Virus record (IMG/VR): IMGVR_UViG_3300029787_000018
Coordinates: 13,140-77,139 of that record
DNA from: a virus
DNA length: 64,000 nt
Strand: one strand, 5' to 3'
The notes under the pieces were generated by a model. It was given only the letters and a program-made list of their open reading frames with translations. It had not been told where the DNA came from and searched no databases. The position numbers and the translations under genes were made by a program. This document shows, piece after piece, positions 10,477-20,333 of this stretch. The stretch's first letter is position 1; each line of letters starts with the position of its first letter.

Positions 10477-10693
10477 ACTCATTGATTTTTTTGAACATAA
10501 TTTTTCGTTTGACGAACAACAGTTGTCTGTTATTAAACAAATTTCTTTAGAAACAGGTATTGACGAAAATATAGTCAAACAGGTTCTAACACACTTATTG
10601 AAAGTAGCATACAAAGAGTTGTTGCTTTCATATGAAGACGAAGTTACTATTCGTTTTCCAACATTTAATTTATCTAATATTAAAATCGATTAA
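10457..10693 (+). CDS. hypothetical protein
   Basis: 78-aa ORF in operon context. Confidence 0.55.
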   Translation: MRSRTLELIDFFEHNFSFDEQQLSVIKQISLETGIDENIVKQVLTHLLKVAYKELLLSYEDEVTIRFPTFNLSNIKID

Positions 10694-10694
10694 A

Positions 10695-11735
10695 ATGCAA
10701 AATTCAAACAATCCTCAGAACCCAGCAACTACCAACCTAGTAATGACAGCTCCGGAGTCTACTTCTGATTTTGAAAGAAAAGACAAAACGGATATTGTGA
10801 AAATACAACCTGGCAACCATTTGGGTAGACTTTATGGTATCGTTGACTTAGGTACACAACATAATATTAAATTTAGTAAAGACAACCATAGAATAGCTTT
10901 GTTGTTCGAGTTTCCACATTTGATGCAAGATTTTTACAAGCGTAAAGAAGGAGAACAAGCAGAACTTAGACCTACGATGATCAAAATGGAAGAAACATTT
11001 TCCATGCATCCAAAATCTAATTTCAGAAAGCTTATCGAATCCGCTGTTGGTAGAAAGCTTAACGACGATGAAGCCAAGAGCTTTAATGTTTTTGAGCTAT
11101 TAGGAAAATGGTTCTTATGTAACGTTATGCATGACCCAGATAAAAACAACCCTCAAAACGTATACGAGCGTATCAACTTTTTACAGCCGTATGATGCACG
11201 TTTTATGGTTGAAGGTGTAAACTATAATGGTCATAACGATCTTATGGCTTACCATTTAGGAACACACAAGTTTGCCGGCCCTAACTGGCAAGGACTTTGG
11301 ACTAAGTTCAGAACACAGATACAAGGTTCAAGAGAAGGTCAGGAATGGGCTGCAAAAGGTGGTACTTTTGAGGAAGTCAAATATAATAATAACGACGACG
11401 GACAAGGTTCCGCTCAACAGAACAACACTTACGCTGGACCACAAGGTGCACCGCAAGGAAACCCAATGCAAGGTCAACCTATGCAACAAGCTCCACAAGG
11501 AGCACCACAACAAGCGCCTAACAACGCTATGCAACAACCGCAGTCTCAACCCGCACAACCTATGCAACAAGCACCGGCTACAACGCCACCTGCTGCAGCA
11601 CCTCAACAAGCACCGCAAAAGAAGTTTGTAATTAAGCAAGCACCTTTTGATATGGCGTCTTGGACTAAGGAGGGATGGACGGAAGCTATGATGATCGAGC
11701 ATGGATATGCAGAATACGTAGAAGGAGCTCTGTAA
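10695..11735 (+). CDS. putative single-stranded DNA-binding/replication protein with Q/P/A-rich tail
   Basis: Likely ATG at 10695. 'G.HLGRLYGIVDLGTQ...FEFP...HPKSNFRKLIE' resembles phage SSB-like OB folds; disordered QQAPQ tail. Confidence 0.55.
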   Translation: MQNSNNPQNPATTNLVMTAPESTSDFERKDKTDIVKIQPGNHLGRLYGIVDLGTQHNIKFSKDNHRIALLFEFPHLMQDFYKRKEGEQAELRPTMIKMEETFSMHPKSNFRKLIESAVGRKLNDDEAKSFNVFELLGKWFLCNVMHDPDKNNPQNVYERINFLQPYDARFMVEGVNYNGHNDLMAYHLGTHKFAGPNWQGLWTKFRTQIQGSREGQEWAAKGGTFEEVKYNNNDDGQGSAQQNNTYAGPQGAPQGNPMQGQPMQQAPQGAPQQAPNNAMQQPQSQPAQPMQQAPATTPPAAAPQQAPQKKFVIKQAPFDMASWTKEGWTEAMMIEHGYAEYVEGAL

Positions 11736-12176
11736 ATGGATTTTAAAGCAAAGTTCAACAAAGACGGAAGCTTACAGTTCGCTACAAAAAGCATGGAAAG
11801 AATATGGAATCGGTTAAGGAACTTTCATAGTTCTACCGATTCCTATTTCTCTTTTACCATTGATACTGATAACTCCAAAAATATTACGGAGAAACAGATT
11901 AAGCTTTTTAAAAGACTTTGTGTAATGGTTTCCAAAGATTCGGGAAGTTCTTACCACGAAGTAGAAACAGAACTATTAAAGCTTACGCCTTGTACTACAA
12001 AAGAATCGTTGTTCGGAAATATCAAAGAACGGCATCTTAGATTAGAAGAATTAAATAGTGAACAGTTTCAGGAATTTTTATCGGAAGCACTAATATTTTG
12101 CAATGACATAATGAATAGCAAAATTGTAATGAAGTCCGATAAAAACTTTGGAACTATACTAACAATAGAATTATGA
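11736..12176 (+). CDS. hypothetical protein, possibly NinB-like
   Basis: 'T.KQ.K.F...' and 'L..EQFQEFL' loosely recall NinB; weak. Confidence 0.45.
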   Translation: MDFKAKFNKDGSLQFATKSMERIWNRLRNFHSSTDSYFSFTIDTDNSKNITEKQIKLFKRLCVMVSKDSGSSYHEVETELLKLTPCTTKESLFGNIKERHLRLEELNSEQFQEFLSEALIFCNDIMNSKIVMKSDKNFGTILTIEL

Positions 12177-12320
12177 ACGTATGGCCGTTTTTTATTGCAG
12201 TAGGTAGATTGGGAGTTATATGGATAGCTGATTATCATAAGAGGAAAATATTTCTTACGATAGTAACTATGGCATTTATGATGTACCATTTCCACATAGA
12301 AATGGATAAACTCAAAAAGT

Positions 12321-13685
12321 ATGAGCGAATCGAAAATTAAATTGAATGAAGGACAGCTTGAAGGCGCTCATAAAATACATAAATTTATGAGAAGCCCCGA
12401 GCGAATATTTATTCTCTCTGGACGTGCGGGAACAGGTAAGACAACTCTGTTAGGTCACGTATTCAAATCAGAAATCAAGTCCGACGAAGAAAAAATAAAT
12501 TTTGTAAAGGACGATAATAAAAAGACTTATTCCATTGTAGGGATTGCGATGGCACATAAAGCCAAGAACAATCTTAGGGAGAAAGGTGGTATTCCATACG
12601 TGAATACATTTGCATCCGCTTATGGCCATAAAGAAGTTTACAATAACCGTACAGGTGAAAAGGACTTTGTACCGGACAGGGATAAAATAAAGTTCGCTGA
12701 TTGTAAAAAAGCTTTCAAAGTATTCATTATAGATGAAGTATCGATGTTTAACAGAAAAATGCTTCAATTGGTTCTTAAAGAAACCAATATGTACGCTAAG
12801 ATTATTTTTCTAGGAGACAGAGGACAATTGCCCCAGATACTAGAAAAGAACGAAGTGGATAGAGGTCAGGACAGTCCTGTATGGGATTTGGAACTACCGG
12901 ATTACTGTAGACATGAACTAACCCAAAGGGTAAGACAGACGGAAGGTAATCCTATCGTTGAAATGAGCGACGTTATCTATGAGGAAATATTCAAGGAACG
13001 ACCCGACGTAAACAGAGTTGTTCAATATTTGAAACACGATAGGCTGTTATCTAATGGTCAAGGAATATTGAATATGCATGAGAACGATGCTTATTTTATG
13101 TTCAAGAACAATAGCGAAGATTATTTAGATACTAAGATTATAGCATATACCAATAAAACGGTAAATAAGTTCAATACCGAAATGCGTAATTATATTCATG
13201 GTAATCCAGAGGAACAGTTTATTCAAAACGAGATAATCTACATGAACAATAGCTATTATGGTGAAGATACCTACGGTAATAGATTTGCTTTCTATAACAG
13301 TTCGGAATACCTTATCAGAAATATAGATTATGGTGAAATAGAAGGTATTCAGGTTATTTACTCGGAGCTTGAAGATTCAAAATGGATGCCTATTGTAAAA
13401 GGTGGTAAAGGTCATTGGAACCATAACATCTATGAAGATAGGTTGCTAGAAATGAAGAACAACAAAAAGTGGAAGGACTTTTGGGCTTTTGTAGCCTTGT
13501 TCGGTGATTTCAGTTATGGATATACGCTTACCGCTTATAAGTCGCAAGGTTCAACATACAGAAACATATATATCTGTTTAGCGGACATAATGGGGCTTAC
13601 AAGACTTAGTGATAAGCGAAAGCTTCAAACGCTTTATACAGCCGTTACTAGGTCTTCTCACAATGTAAACATCTTAAACAGTTAA
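12321..13685 (+). CDS. Dda/RecD-like SF1B DNA helicase
   Basis: GRAGTGKTT, IIDEVSM, GDRGQLP, RQ, YKSQGSTY, LYTAVTR. Confidence 0.9.
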   Translation: MSESKIKLNEGQLEGAHKIHKFMRSPERIFILSGRAGTGKTTLLGHVFKSEIKSDEEKINFVKDDNKKTYSIVGIAMAHKAKNNLREKGGIPYVNTFASAYGHKEVYNNRTGEKDFVPDRDKIKFADCKKAFKVFIIDEVSMFNRKMLQLVLKETNMYAKIIFLGDRGQLPQILEKNEVDRGQDSPVWDLELPDYCRHELTQRVRQTEGNPIVEMSDVIYEEIFKERPDVNRVVQYLKHDRLLSNGQGILNMHENDAYFMFKNNSEDYLDTKIIAYTNKTVNKFNTEMRNYIHGNPEEQFIQNEIIYMNNSYYGEDTYGNRFAFYNSSEYLIRNIDYGEIEGIQVIYSELEDSKWMPIVKGGKGHWNHNIYEDRLLEMKNNKKWKDFWAFVALFGDFSYGYTLTAYKSQGSTYRNIYICLADIMGLTRLSDKRKLQTLYTAVTRSSHNVNILNS

Positions 13686-13686
13686 T

Positions 13687-13893
13687 ATGAAAAGAAAGAC
13701 TAGTAATGATTTTAAAATAAATTTTAAAGACGGTTCGGATTACTTTTCAAGTGGTTCTTCTTCTGGTCCAAAAATTAATATTGCACAAGATTTTAAATTT
13801 ATCAGTATAATGATATTATCCGCTATCAATGATTGTGGTCAGTCTATAGACAATGTTGATTCTATAGAGGTTAATCTTAAAATAGAAAAGTAA
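13687..13893 (+). CDS. hypothetical protein
   Basis: 68-aa ORF tightly packed between neighbours. Confidence 0.55.
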   Translation: MKRKTSNDFKINFKDGSDYFSSGSSSGPKINIAQDFKFISIMILSAINDCGQSIDNVDSIEVNLKIEK

Positions 13894-14741
13894 TGGAACA
13901 GAAGCTAGTAATGACAGCTCCGAATACACCTACGACGAACATAAAGTCTACGTTTAAAAGGGTTGGGCTTATAGATGCTGATTTTATAAAGTATCTTGTC
14001 TGTAGCGATATATCCAATTACATAAAACGTAACGGGCACCATCCTAATGAAAAGTATGGTGTCAGTTATTTGGATGTTTTTGTTAACGACCAAATGAAAA
14101 AGCAATTTCACGATAGATTCGATTCTAAAGGAAACATATATTTTTTTAGTGGTAGTTCATCCGAAACCTTTAGAGCCAAGTTAGCTATTACCAAAGAGTA
14201 CAAAGGCAATAGAGGTTTATCGGAACCGGACTACGACGGGTTCTATAGTGACCTTGCTAGTGTGATCAGTATAATTTCTAAAGAACATACTGTTTACATA
14301 CACCCTAACTACGAAGCGGACGACCTTGTATCTATACTGCAGAACGAAAATACTTTTATCTACAGTAGGGATAAAGATTTAAAACAAGTGCCAGGACACC
14401 ATTACAACATTTCAAAGAACAGTCTTGAATACATTGAAGAAAAAGATGCACATTATAGTTTATGGATGCAATTGCTTCAAGGAGATTCCACGGACAATAT
14501 CGTTGGTGTTGAGAATGTAGGCGAAAAAACCGCCAAAAAACTATTGGAACAAATATCCACTAACAACCTTCATAAAAAAGTCATTGAAGTCTATACTAAC
14601 AAATATGGTATTATAGAGGGGCTTGATAGGTTTGCAGAAACATGGATGCTTGTTAAAATGAGAATAAGTAGAGGTGGTTACGAAGCTGATAAGCTGAAAG
14701 CCGCATTTTATTTAAGAGATACATTAATTAATTCAAAATAG
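13893..14741 (+). CDS. 5'-3' exonuclease (FEN/T7 gp6-like)
   Basis: IDAD, YKGNR, EADD, DKDLKQVPG, GDSTDNI.GV..VGEKTA (H3TH). Confidence 0.9.
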   Translation: MEQKLVMTAPNTPTTNIKSTFKRVGLIDADFIKYLVCSDISNYIKRNGHHPNEKYGVSYLDVFVNDQMKKQFHDRFDSKGNIYFFSGSSSETFRAKLAITKEYKGNRGLSEPDYDGFYSDLASVISIISKEHTVYIHPNYEADDLVSILQNENTFIYSRDKDLKQVPGHHYNISKNSLEYIEEKDAHYSLWMQLLQGDSTDNIVGVENVGEKTAKKLLEQISTNNLHKKVIEVYTNKYGIIEGLDRFAETWMLVKMRISRGGYEADKLKAAFYLRDTLINSK

Positions 14742-14748
14742 ATTAGAT

Positions 14749-15813
14749 ATGTCAGACAAAAAAGAAGAGATTATCAATAAGACAATGAACTTATCGGTAA
14801 TGGACAAAGAAGCGAACGAAGCGCTGGAACTGCTTACAAGTAAACTTACCGTTAAGGAAATGGATACTTTAAAGCCAATTGTAGCCGCTACGAACGATTT
14901 ACAAAAAGTTATGGAAATCAAGTACGTTGAAGGCGATGCTGATTCCATACAAGCCTACAAGGATGGAAAGCGCACATATGGTTCTTTCAATTCTAGTTTA
15001 GCGGAAGCCAAAAGAGATTTAAAGGCACCTTATACGGAAATGACCAAAGCTATTGATACCATTTTTAAAAAGTTCTCCGAGCTCTATAAAATGACCAAGG
15101 ATCAATTAGCGGAAGAGTTTAAGCCTTATACGGACGAACAACAGCGTTTGAAAGAAGAAAGATTGGCTAAGAAGAACGCTGCCAGAGAAGCTGAAATGAA
15201 AAAGCTTCAGGACGATAATGCCGAAATGGTTCAAAAAAACGAGAACATAAGAATCTTCAACGCTATTCATTATGAGGTTATCCTTGGTTTAAAGAACAGC
15301 GCTATAGAGAATCTGAATTCTTTAAATTCAAGTGCTATCGAAAAAAAGATAGAGAGCGTTCAGAACATGGCTTTAGCTACGGCTATCTATGAAAGTGATG
15401 TAAAAGTTGTTCCTTCTGAATTCAATGTACTTTCCGATAATCAAAAATCGGAGCTTACAGAGACTTTTACGAAAACGAAGTCCTCTATTGTGGAATCTTA
15501 TAGAAGCCGCTTAAATGAGGTAGTACAATTGGAACAGGCTAAGCTTAGGCAACAACAAAAGCAAGAAGAAGTTGTTCCACCTGTTGTTCCTACCGTAGAG
15601 CAAAAAGAAACTGTTCCTGCTCCACCAGATGAATTTGATATAAATTCGTTTATTGCCGTAAAGACAAGTGAGCTTGAAGGAATTAAAAATGAATGTGATT
15701 TCTTTTACGAAGTGAACAAAGAACATCAAGACGCTCCGTTAGCAAAAAACATAGCTGTTATGCTTTCAAAAGCATTAGAGTATGTTTACAAAGTACAATC
15801 TCAAAAACAATAA
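14749..15813 (+). CDS. coiled-coil protein (DUF1351-like)
   Basis: Helical heptads, 'KRDLKAPY'. Confidence 0.55.
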   Translation: MSDKKEEIINKTMNLSVMDKEANEALELLTSKLTVKEMDTLKPIVAATNDLQKVMEIKYVEGDADSIQAYKDGKRTYGSFNSSLAEAKRDLKAPYTEMTKAIDTIFKKFSELYKMTKDQLAEEFKPYTDEQQRLKEERLAKKNAAREAEMKKLQDDNAEMVQKNENIRIFNAIHYEVILGLKNSAIENLNSLNSSAIEKKIESVQNMALATAIYESDVKVVPSEFNVLSDNQKSELTETFTKTKSSIVESYRSRLNEVVQLEQAKLRQQQKQEEVVPPVVPTVEQKETVPAPPDEFDINSFIAVKTSELEGIKNECDFFYEVNKEHQDAPLAKNIAVMLSKALEYVYKVQSQKQ

Positions 15814-15816
15814 TAT

Positions 15817-16458
15817 ATGCTATCATTAAAATTTCCACCTTTGGAAAAACTATTGGACAAAAACACCGGTGAACTTGAAGAGTTTGACCCAAAAAGAGGA
15901 ATTTGCATTTTTAACGGTAATGCCGTTGTTGTAAACGAACAGTCGGTTCTGTTCTTTGACCTTGAAAGCTATTTTGTCAATACCAATAATTATGTAGACG
16001 ATCAATCTTTAAACAACTTAAAGAGTATACTTGATTTTATGGAAGGCAAAATGTTCTCCGCTATTTTCTGGAAAGAACTTACAAGCTTGAACATCGTTAG
16101 TGTATCTAGCGAGGGGCTTATGCTTAACGGTTCTATTGAGAAGAATGTTTTCTATAAGGAAAAGACATTCGACGAAACGGAGATAAAGCTATTGGCTAAA
16201 GGGTTGTCCGATAAAGAGGATTACAAAAAAGCCATTAACGCTATGTACATGGAACCGTTGTATAATATATTCACGGCATTGAAACCGATGATAAAAATGG
16301 ATTCTATAATCTTGCGTACCATAGGCGAGAACACGCAAATACAGTTTACGTTCAACGATAACCATTGGATAACAGGATTCATTGTTAACGATGGTGCCAC
16401 GGCAAGTAAGAACTTTTTGTTCGACCCATTAAATGAATATTTAAAAGATATTCTATAA
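15817..16458 (+). CDS. hypothetical protein
   Basis: 213-aa ORF in the replication operon. Confidence 0.65.
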   Translation: MLSLKFPPLEKLLDKNTGELEEFDPKRGICIFNGNAVVVNEQSVLFFDLESYFVNTNNYVDDQSLNNLKSILDFMEGKMFSAIFWKELTSLNIVSVSSEGLMLNGSIEKNVFYKEKTFDETEIKLLAKGLSDKEDYKKAINAMYMEPLYNIFTALKPMIKMDSIILRTIGENTQIQFTFNDNHWITGFIVNDGATASKNFLFDPLNEYLKDIL

Positions 16459-17177
16459 TGGCTACAGAAAGAAACGACTTAGAAAAATATTTCGAGTGGT
16501 GGCTTAATGAGCTTCTAGAGCATGGTTATATAAGGGGTTACGATAGGGAAGCTGAAAAGTTTCCCTTGTTCCCCAACTATAAAGCATTAAGATTGAAATT
16601 CTTTAAGACCCGTGAACCGGAAGAAGAAGAATTCAATTTTATGCATCAACGCTTTTACAACTATGATTACAATATCAAGTGGACTGAAAAATCAAGAAAT
16701 ATATTTTTTCAAGAAGCCGACTTTAGTGATCCTGGTAAAAAGCAATTGCTTGTTCATAAAGGAGTTTATTTTGTAGCTCATTGGAACGAATCTGAAAGAT
16801 GCCATATCAGCTATGTGGACGTAAAGCCACCTGCTGCAGGTAACCAGAACGTACAGAATACTTCATACCATACGTTTCCTTTGAAACAGCAAATATTGTT
16901 ATGGTTGCAAGGTATATACATCAATAAGGTAATTCCTTTTCCTATAGCTGGAACAGGAAAGACCATATCGTTGTTTCCTAATACGTTTACACCTCAACGG
17001 TATACTATTACCGATGGTGGTACACGAACGCGTAAAATACGTTTTAACATAATGTTCTTGAACCAATATGTAGAAAAGCGTAAAAAAGCGATAAAGGAAA
17101 TTCAAGACAACTTATCGAAGCTATCCAAAAAATCAAGACCTGAAGGCGAGTCCGGTCAAAAAGAACTGTTATTATGA
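16458..17177 (+). CDS. putative PD-(D/E)xK endonuclease
   Basis: 'E..F..WL', 'Y.YDY' and 'YVDVKP' resemble phage endonuclease/resolvase cores. Confidence 0.5.
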   Translation: MATERNDLEKYFEWWLNELLEHGYIRGYDREAEKFPLFPNYKALRLKFFKTREPEEEEFNFMHQRFYNYDYNIKWTEKSRNIFFQEADFSDPGKKQLLVHKGVYFVAHWNESERCHISYVDVKPPAAGNQNVQNTSYHTFPLKQQILLWLQGIYINKVIPFPIAGTGKTISLFPNTFTPQRYTITDGGTRTRKIRFNIMFLNQYVEKRKKAIKEIQDNLSKLSKKSRPEGESGQKELLL

Positions 17178-17416
17178 GCGATAGACTTAATACTGCCAAA
17201 GATTTATTAGCTAAGCATAAACGTAAATCTGAAATTACTTTTACGCCACTTGCCGAAAAGATATTTGACGTAGGCTTTTATATAGGAATGTTGGCGTATA
17301 CGGAGTTTATGGAAGAAACAATTGATTTACCAAAAGATATAAGTGTTGATCAATTAAAATTAATGAACGATGAAATCGATTCGTTCTTTGATAATTTACT
17401 AGATGATAAAAATTAG
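17174..17416 (+). CDS. hypothetical protein
   Basis: 80-aa ORF with ATGA overlap. Confidence 0.6.
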   Translation: MSDRLNTAKDLLAKHKRKSEITFTPLAEKIFDVGFYIGMLAYTEFMEETIDLPKDISVDQLKLMNDEIDSFFDNLLDDKN

Positions 17417-17771
17417 GAAAGACACTACGGAATATCAGCTAAACGCCCAAAAGTATTGTATTGATAATAAAATAGATGTCGATACTACAAATGATCAAAC
17501 GGGTTGGGCGATATGGATAACTTTTCCTGACGGTACCGATGAAGTATATGCTTGTTTTCTTTTGGAAGATGAAATGACAAAGCAGTATTGGAACGCTATT
17601 ACATATGCAGCGGGATTATGGTGGGATAGGCAAAAAGCTTCTACCACCGTAAAAACGCCACCGGCTGTTCCAAAAGTGCCTTCGGTACCCAAAATTCCTA
17701 AAGTTCCAAAGGTTCCATCTGTACCTCAGATACCTAGAGTTCCAAAAGTTCCTCAAATTCCCAAAAATTAA
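17403..17771 (+). CDS. hypothetical protein with Pro-rich (P-x-V/I)n tail
   Basis: C-terminal VPKVPSVPKIPKVPKVPSVPQIPRVPKVPQIPK. Confidence 0.65.
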   Translation: MIKIRKDTTEYQLNAQKYCIDNKIDVDTTNDQTGWAIWITFPDGTDEVYACFLLEDEMTKQYWNAITYAAGLWWDRQKASTTVKTPPAVPKVPSVPKIPKVPKVPSVPQIPRVPKVPQIPKN

Positions 17772-17786
17772 TACTAACTTTATAGT

Positions 17787-18251
17787 ATGTTTAGAATTGT
17801 AAACACAAAGCGTTCAAATGAAAAAGGTCAAGAATACTTGCTTAGTAGTAAACACATAATTCCGACTACTTTCTTTAAGTATTTAGACCACCTTATCATT
17901 AATGTTATTGAAATGGATCTTAATAATAAAAAGAATATTAAGATTTTTGTAAAACAAGGTGTATCGGAAGAAGAAGCCGTTAACAGGGTTTCCGATATGA
18001 TGTTGATATTTATGGATAATCATTACATACAAAATGACCCGATATCAGGACCTTATTTTATAGAGAAAGTAAAAGAAGAGGTTTACCCTATGCCCAATGT
18101 AAATAGGAAAAAATCAAAATCTGAAATCAAGGAGGAAATAAGTAACCTTGAAACCAGAATGAACAATGCCGTTAGCAGAGAGAATTACGAAGAAGCTGCT
18201 AAGCTTAGAGATCAAATAGAGAAACTTAATGGCAAAGAAACGTCCATATAA
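17787..18251 (+). CDS. UVR (UvrB/UvrC motif) domain protein
   Basis: C-terminal 'LETRMNNAVSRENYEEAAKLRDQIEKL'. Confidence 0.7.
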   Translation: MFRIVNTKRSNEKGQEYLLSSKHIIPTTFFKYLDHLIINVIEMDLNNKKNIKIFVKQGVSEEEAVNRVSDMMLIFMDNHYIQNDPISGPYFIEKVKEEVYPMPNVNRKKSKSEIKEEISNLETRMNNAVSRENYEEAAKLRDQIEKLNGKETSI

Positions 18252-18408
18252 AAGACGTTTTTTAAGAGGTCGTAAATACGACTTTATGGCTAAGTATGCT
18301 TACTCTCTAGGTTTTGATAATGTTACCGATGCGATAAACTTTATGGGTTCTGGAAGAATATTCAGAAACTCTTTTAATGAATGGTGCAAATACAAACGTT
18401 TAAAATAA
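18229..18408 (+). CDS. small basic protein (59 aa, MAKKRPYKRR...)
   Basis: Hand-translated open frame. Confidence 0.55.
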   Translation: MAKKRPYKRRFLRGRKYDFMAKYAYSLGFDNVTDAINFMGSGRIFRNSFNEWCKYKRLK

Positions 18409-18412
18409 ATTT

Positions 18413-18550
18413 ATGGAAGAAGAAACATTTCAATGGATAATTATAGCTGGATTGATCATAGCTGTTGTAGTTCTGTTCTACAGAACACCTAAAAAAGAAC
18501 AGGTAGATACTTTGGAAAATAAGACCAGGTATCTTTCTGAAAACGATTAG
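18413..18550 (+). CDS. small membrane protein (45 aa)
   Basis: Hand-translated MEEETFQWIIIAGLIIAVVVLFYR..., one TM helix; ends just before a terminator. Confidence 0.55.
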   Translation: MEEETFQWIIIAGLIIAVVVLFYRTPKKEQVDTLENKTRYLSEND

Positions 18551-18551
18551 T

Positions 18552-18586
18552 AAAATGTCCAGTTTATTAATAAACTGGACATTTTT
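18552..18586 (+). terminator. intrinsic terminator ending the core early operon
   Basis: AAAATGTCCAGTTTA-ttaa-TAAACTGGACATTTT perfect 15-bp stem plus T run. Confidence 0.8.
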
Positions 18587-18714
18587 ATTTATTTAAACCA
18601 ATAGATATAACGTACTAGGAAATATGACCTATGTGCGTTTTTCTACATACGTAAAACTTATGGCAAATAATAAATATGACGACTTTGATAAAAGTAGGAT
18701 ATTAAGATTGTTTC

Positions 18715-18939
18715 ATGGACTTACAAAAAATGTTTGAAGTGGTCGAAAACACAGACCGTAAAAGATGGGAATTTACCCCAAATGAAGGCGTGAACGAAAC
18801 AAGTTACACAGTAGCCTTTTATGAATGTGATAATGAACCTGATGCGTGGATAGCTTTATATTTAGCAATATCCAAAAAAAACCAAAAGACAGCAAGTAAG
18901 CGAGGTTTAAGCATTTTTTATATGCATTGTTATCAATAG
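18715..18939 (+). CDS. hypothetical protein at the proximal end of the cassette array (possibly degenerate)
   Basis: 74-aa ORF running across the first GTT half-site; an overlapping 25-codon ORF starts at 18660. Confidence 0.4.
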   Translation: MDLQKMFEVVENTDRKRWEFTPNEGVNETSYTVAFYECDNEPDAWIALYLAISKKNQKTASKRGLSIFYMHCYQ

Positions 18940-18968
18940 TTAATGATTAATCACAAACCACAATAGAT

Positions 18969-19238
18969 ATGCCAGATTATAAATTTTTTCCAATGAATGA
19001 GCTACCTGAAAAAAGCGTAGACGACCCAAGTTTTAGCAAGACAGTACTTGTCTATGATAAAACCGATAATAACCACATATTCGAGAACCTTGGCTACTAC
19101 GATTTTGAAGATAGTGAATGGACTCATTTTGGTGATGAAAGTATGAATTTAATATGTTGGTGTTATGTACCTGACCCGAAAAAATTTATAAGCTCGAACG
19201 ATTTAGAAATTGCCTTACATAGAGGTTACCGACCTTAA
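18969..19238 (+). CDS. cassette 1: DUF551-like protein
   Basis: 'ELPE...VLVY...GYY...W...CWCYVP.P' pattern; stop lies inside the cassette's right inverted repeat. Confidence 0.65.
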   Translation: MPDYKFFPMNELPEKSVDDPSFSKTVLVYDKTDNNHIFENLGYYDFEDSEWTHFGDESMNLICWCYVPDPKKFISSNDLEIALHRGYRP

Positions 19239-19242
19239 TTAT

Positions 19243-19363
19243 TGGTAACGTTAAAATGTATGGTGCGTTTTGCACGAACTTAATTAAATATTAAACAACT
19301 TTTGAATTATGGAAAATACAACGCAGAAAATCAACGATAAATGCACTATACATAGTGTTCTTA
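19243..19363. repeat. attC-like site S1
   Basis: TGGTAAC ... ATGTATGGTGCGTTT (19256-70) / AAATGCACTATACAT (19339-53) ... GTTCTTA. Confidence 0.7.
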
Positions 19364-19614
19364 ATAGTGCCGTTGTTTGGGATACTCTCGAAAACTTTGA
19401 TGCAAGCACTACACTTGCTCAACACGCTTTTGTAAGTGTTCAAAGAGGTAAATATTATGAAGATAAGTATGACGGAAACAAGTCTTTATGCGGAAAGATT
19501 GGGGCACACGATGGCGACAAATTCATTGCTTTAAAAGACTTTAACCCTGAAGTATTGAACGAAGAAAAAGCGTGTAAGACCTGCCTTAAAATATATAAAA
19601 AAGGTATTATTTAG
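19309..19614 (+). CDS. cassette 2: hypothetical Cys-containing protein
   Basis: 101 aa; starts inside the S1 loop; SLCG...CKTC. Confidence 0.65.
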   Translation: MENTTQKINDKCTIHSVLNSAVVWDTLENFDASTTLAQHAFVSVQRGKYYEDKYDGNKSLCGKIGAHDGDKFIALKDFNPEVLNEEKACKTCLKIYKKGII

Positions 19615-19663
19615 AACGTTGAGTATAAACCCTCGTTTTAATGGGGTTTATACATTGTTACCC
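19611..19663. repeat. attC-like site S2 (minimal)
   Basis: TTAGAAC gttga GTATAAACCCtCGTT-tt-AATGGGGTTTATAC att GTTACCC. Confidence 0.75.
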
Positions 19664-19709
19664 TTAGTACGGGTTTGAAGAAATAAATTAACTTAAAAAC
19701 AGAAATAAA

Positions 19710-20132
19710 ATGAAAATTGAATTAACAGTAAAAAAGGAATTTGAAGTAAAGACATTATTAGTTGAAGCCAATGTAAGATATTGGGAAGATGCAACTGTAA
19801 ATGGTGTTGAAGACGAAAACGGTGATTTAATACCTTGTAAATTAGGCGACACTTGGAAGCCGATTATTGATTTAGAAACTGGATTAATAACTAATTGGGA
19901 AAAAGGAAAGGAAGCGGATATACATTACAAAGTATGTGATGCAGGTGAATATTGGTTGCAAGATGAAAACGGTGAAAAGATTGTAAAGGCAAAAGGATAT
20001 TATGTACCTGACTTTTTAGCAATTGACGATAGTGGATTGGGCGACTACATTATTATGAAAGTTGACAAAGATGGTAAAATCAACAATTGGCGATTTGATA
20101 GCGAACCATTTACTAACGAAGACGAAGATTAG
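19710..20132 (+). CDS. cassette 3: conserved hypothetical phage protein
   Basis: 140 aa, 'VRYWEDATVNGVED..G.LIPC...W.P.ID...IHYKVCDAG' resembles a widespread phage family. Confidence 0.7.
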   Translation: MKIELTVKKEFEVKTLLVEANVRYWEDATVNGVEDENGDLIPCKLGDTWKPIIDLETGLITNWEKGKEADIHYKVCDAGEYWLQDENGEKIVKAKGYYVPDFLAIDDSGLGDYIIMKVDKDGKINNWRFDSEPFTNEDED

Positions 20133-20138
20133 TATTAA

Positions 20139-20333
20139 GGGTAACGATTAATCTATGATTAGTCGCAGTCTTAAACCTAAACACAATAAATATGGAATAT
20201 AAAAAAATATTAACCGTTGCCGATTTAAGGGATGTTAACGATTCTTATGAGAAGGGTGAAATATTATACTCAAAAATGGTAGAACTTCTAAACAAGCGCA
20301 TATCTGAGCGATTAATTATAGATGTTGTTACCT
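20139..20333. repeat. attC-like site S3 (contains an ORF start)
   Basis: GGGTAAC ... ATCTATGATTAGTCGC (20151-66) / GCGATTAATTATAGAT (20308-23) ... GTTACCT. Confidence 0.7.

Noticed and set aside
11400-11620. CAA/GCA/CCT-rich quasi-repeats
   Set aside because: Explained by the low-complexity QQAPQ protein tail.
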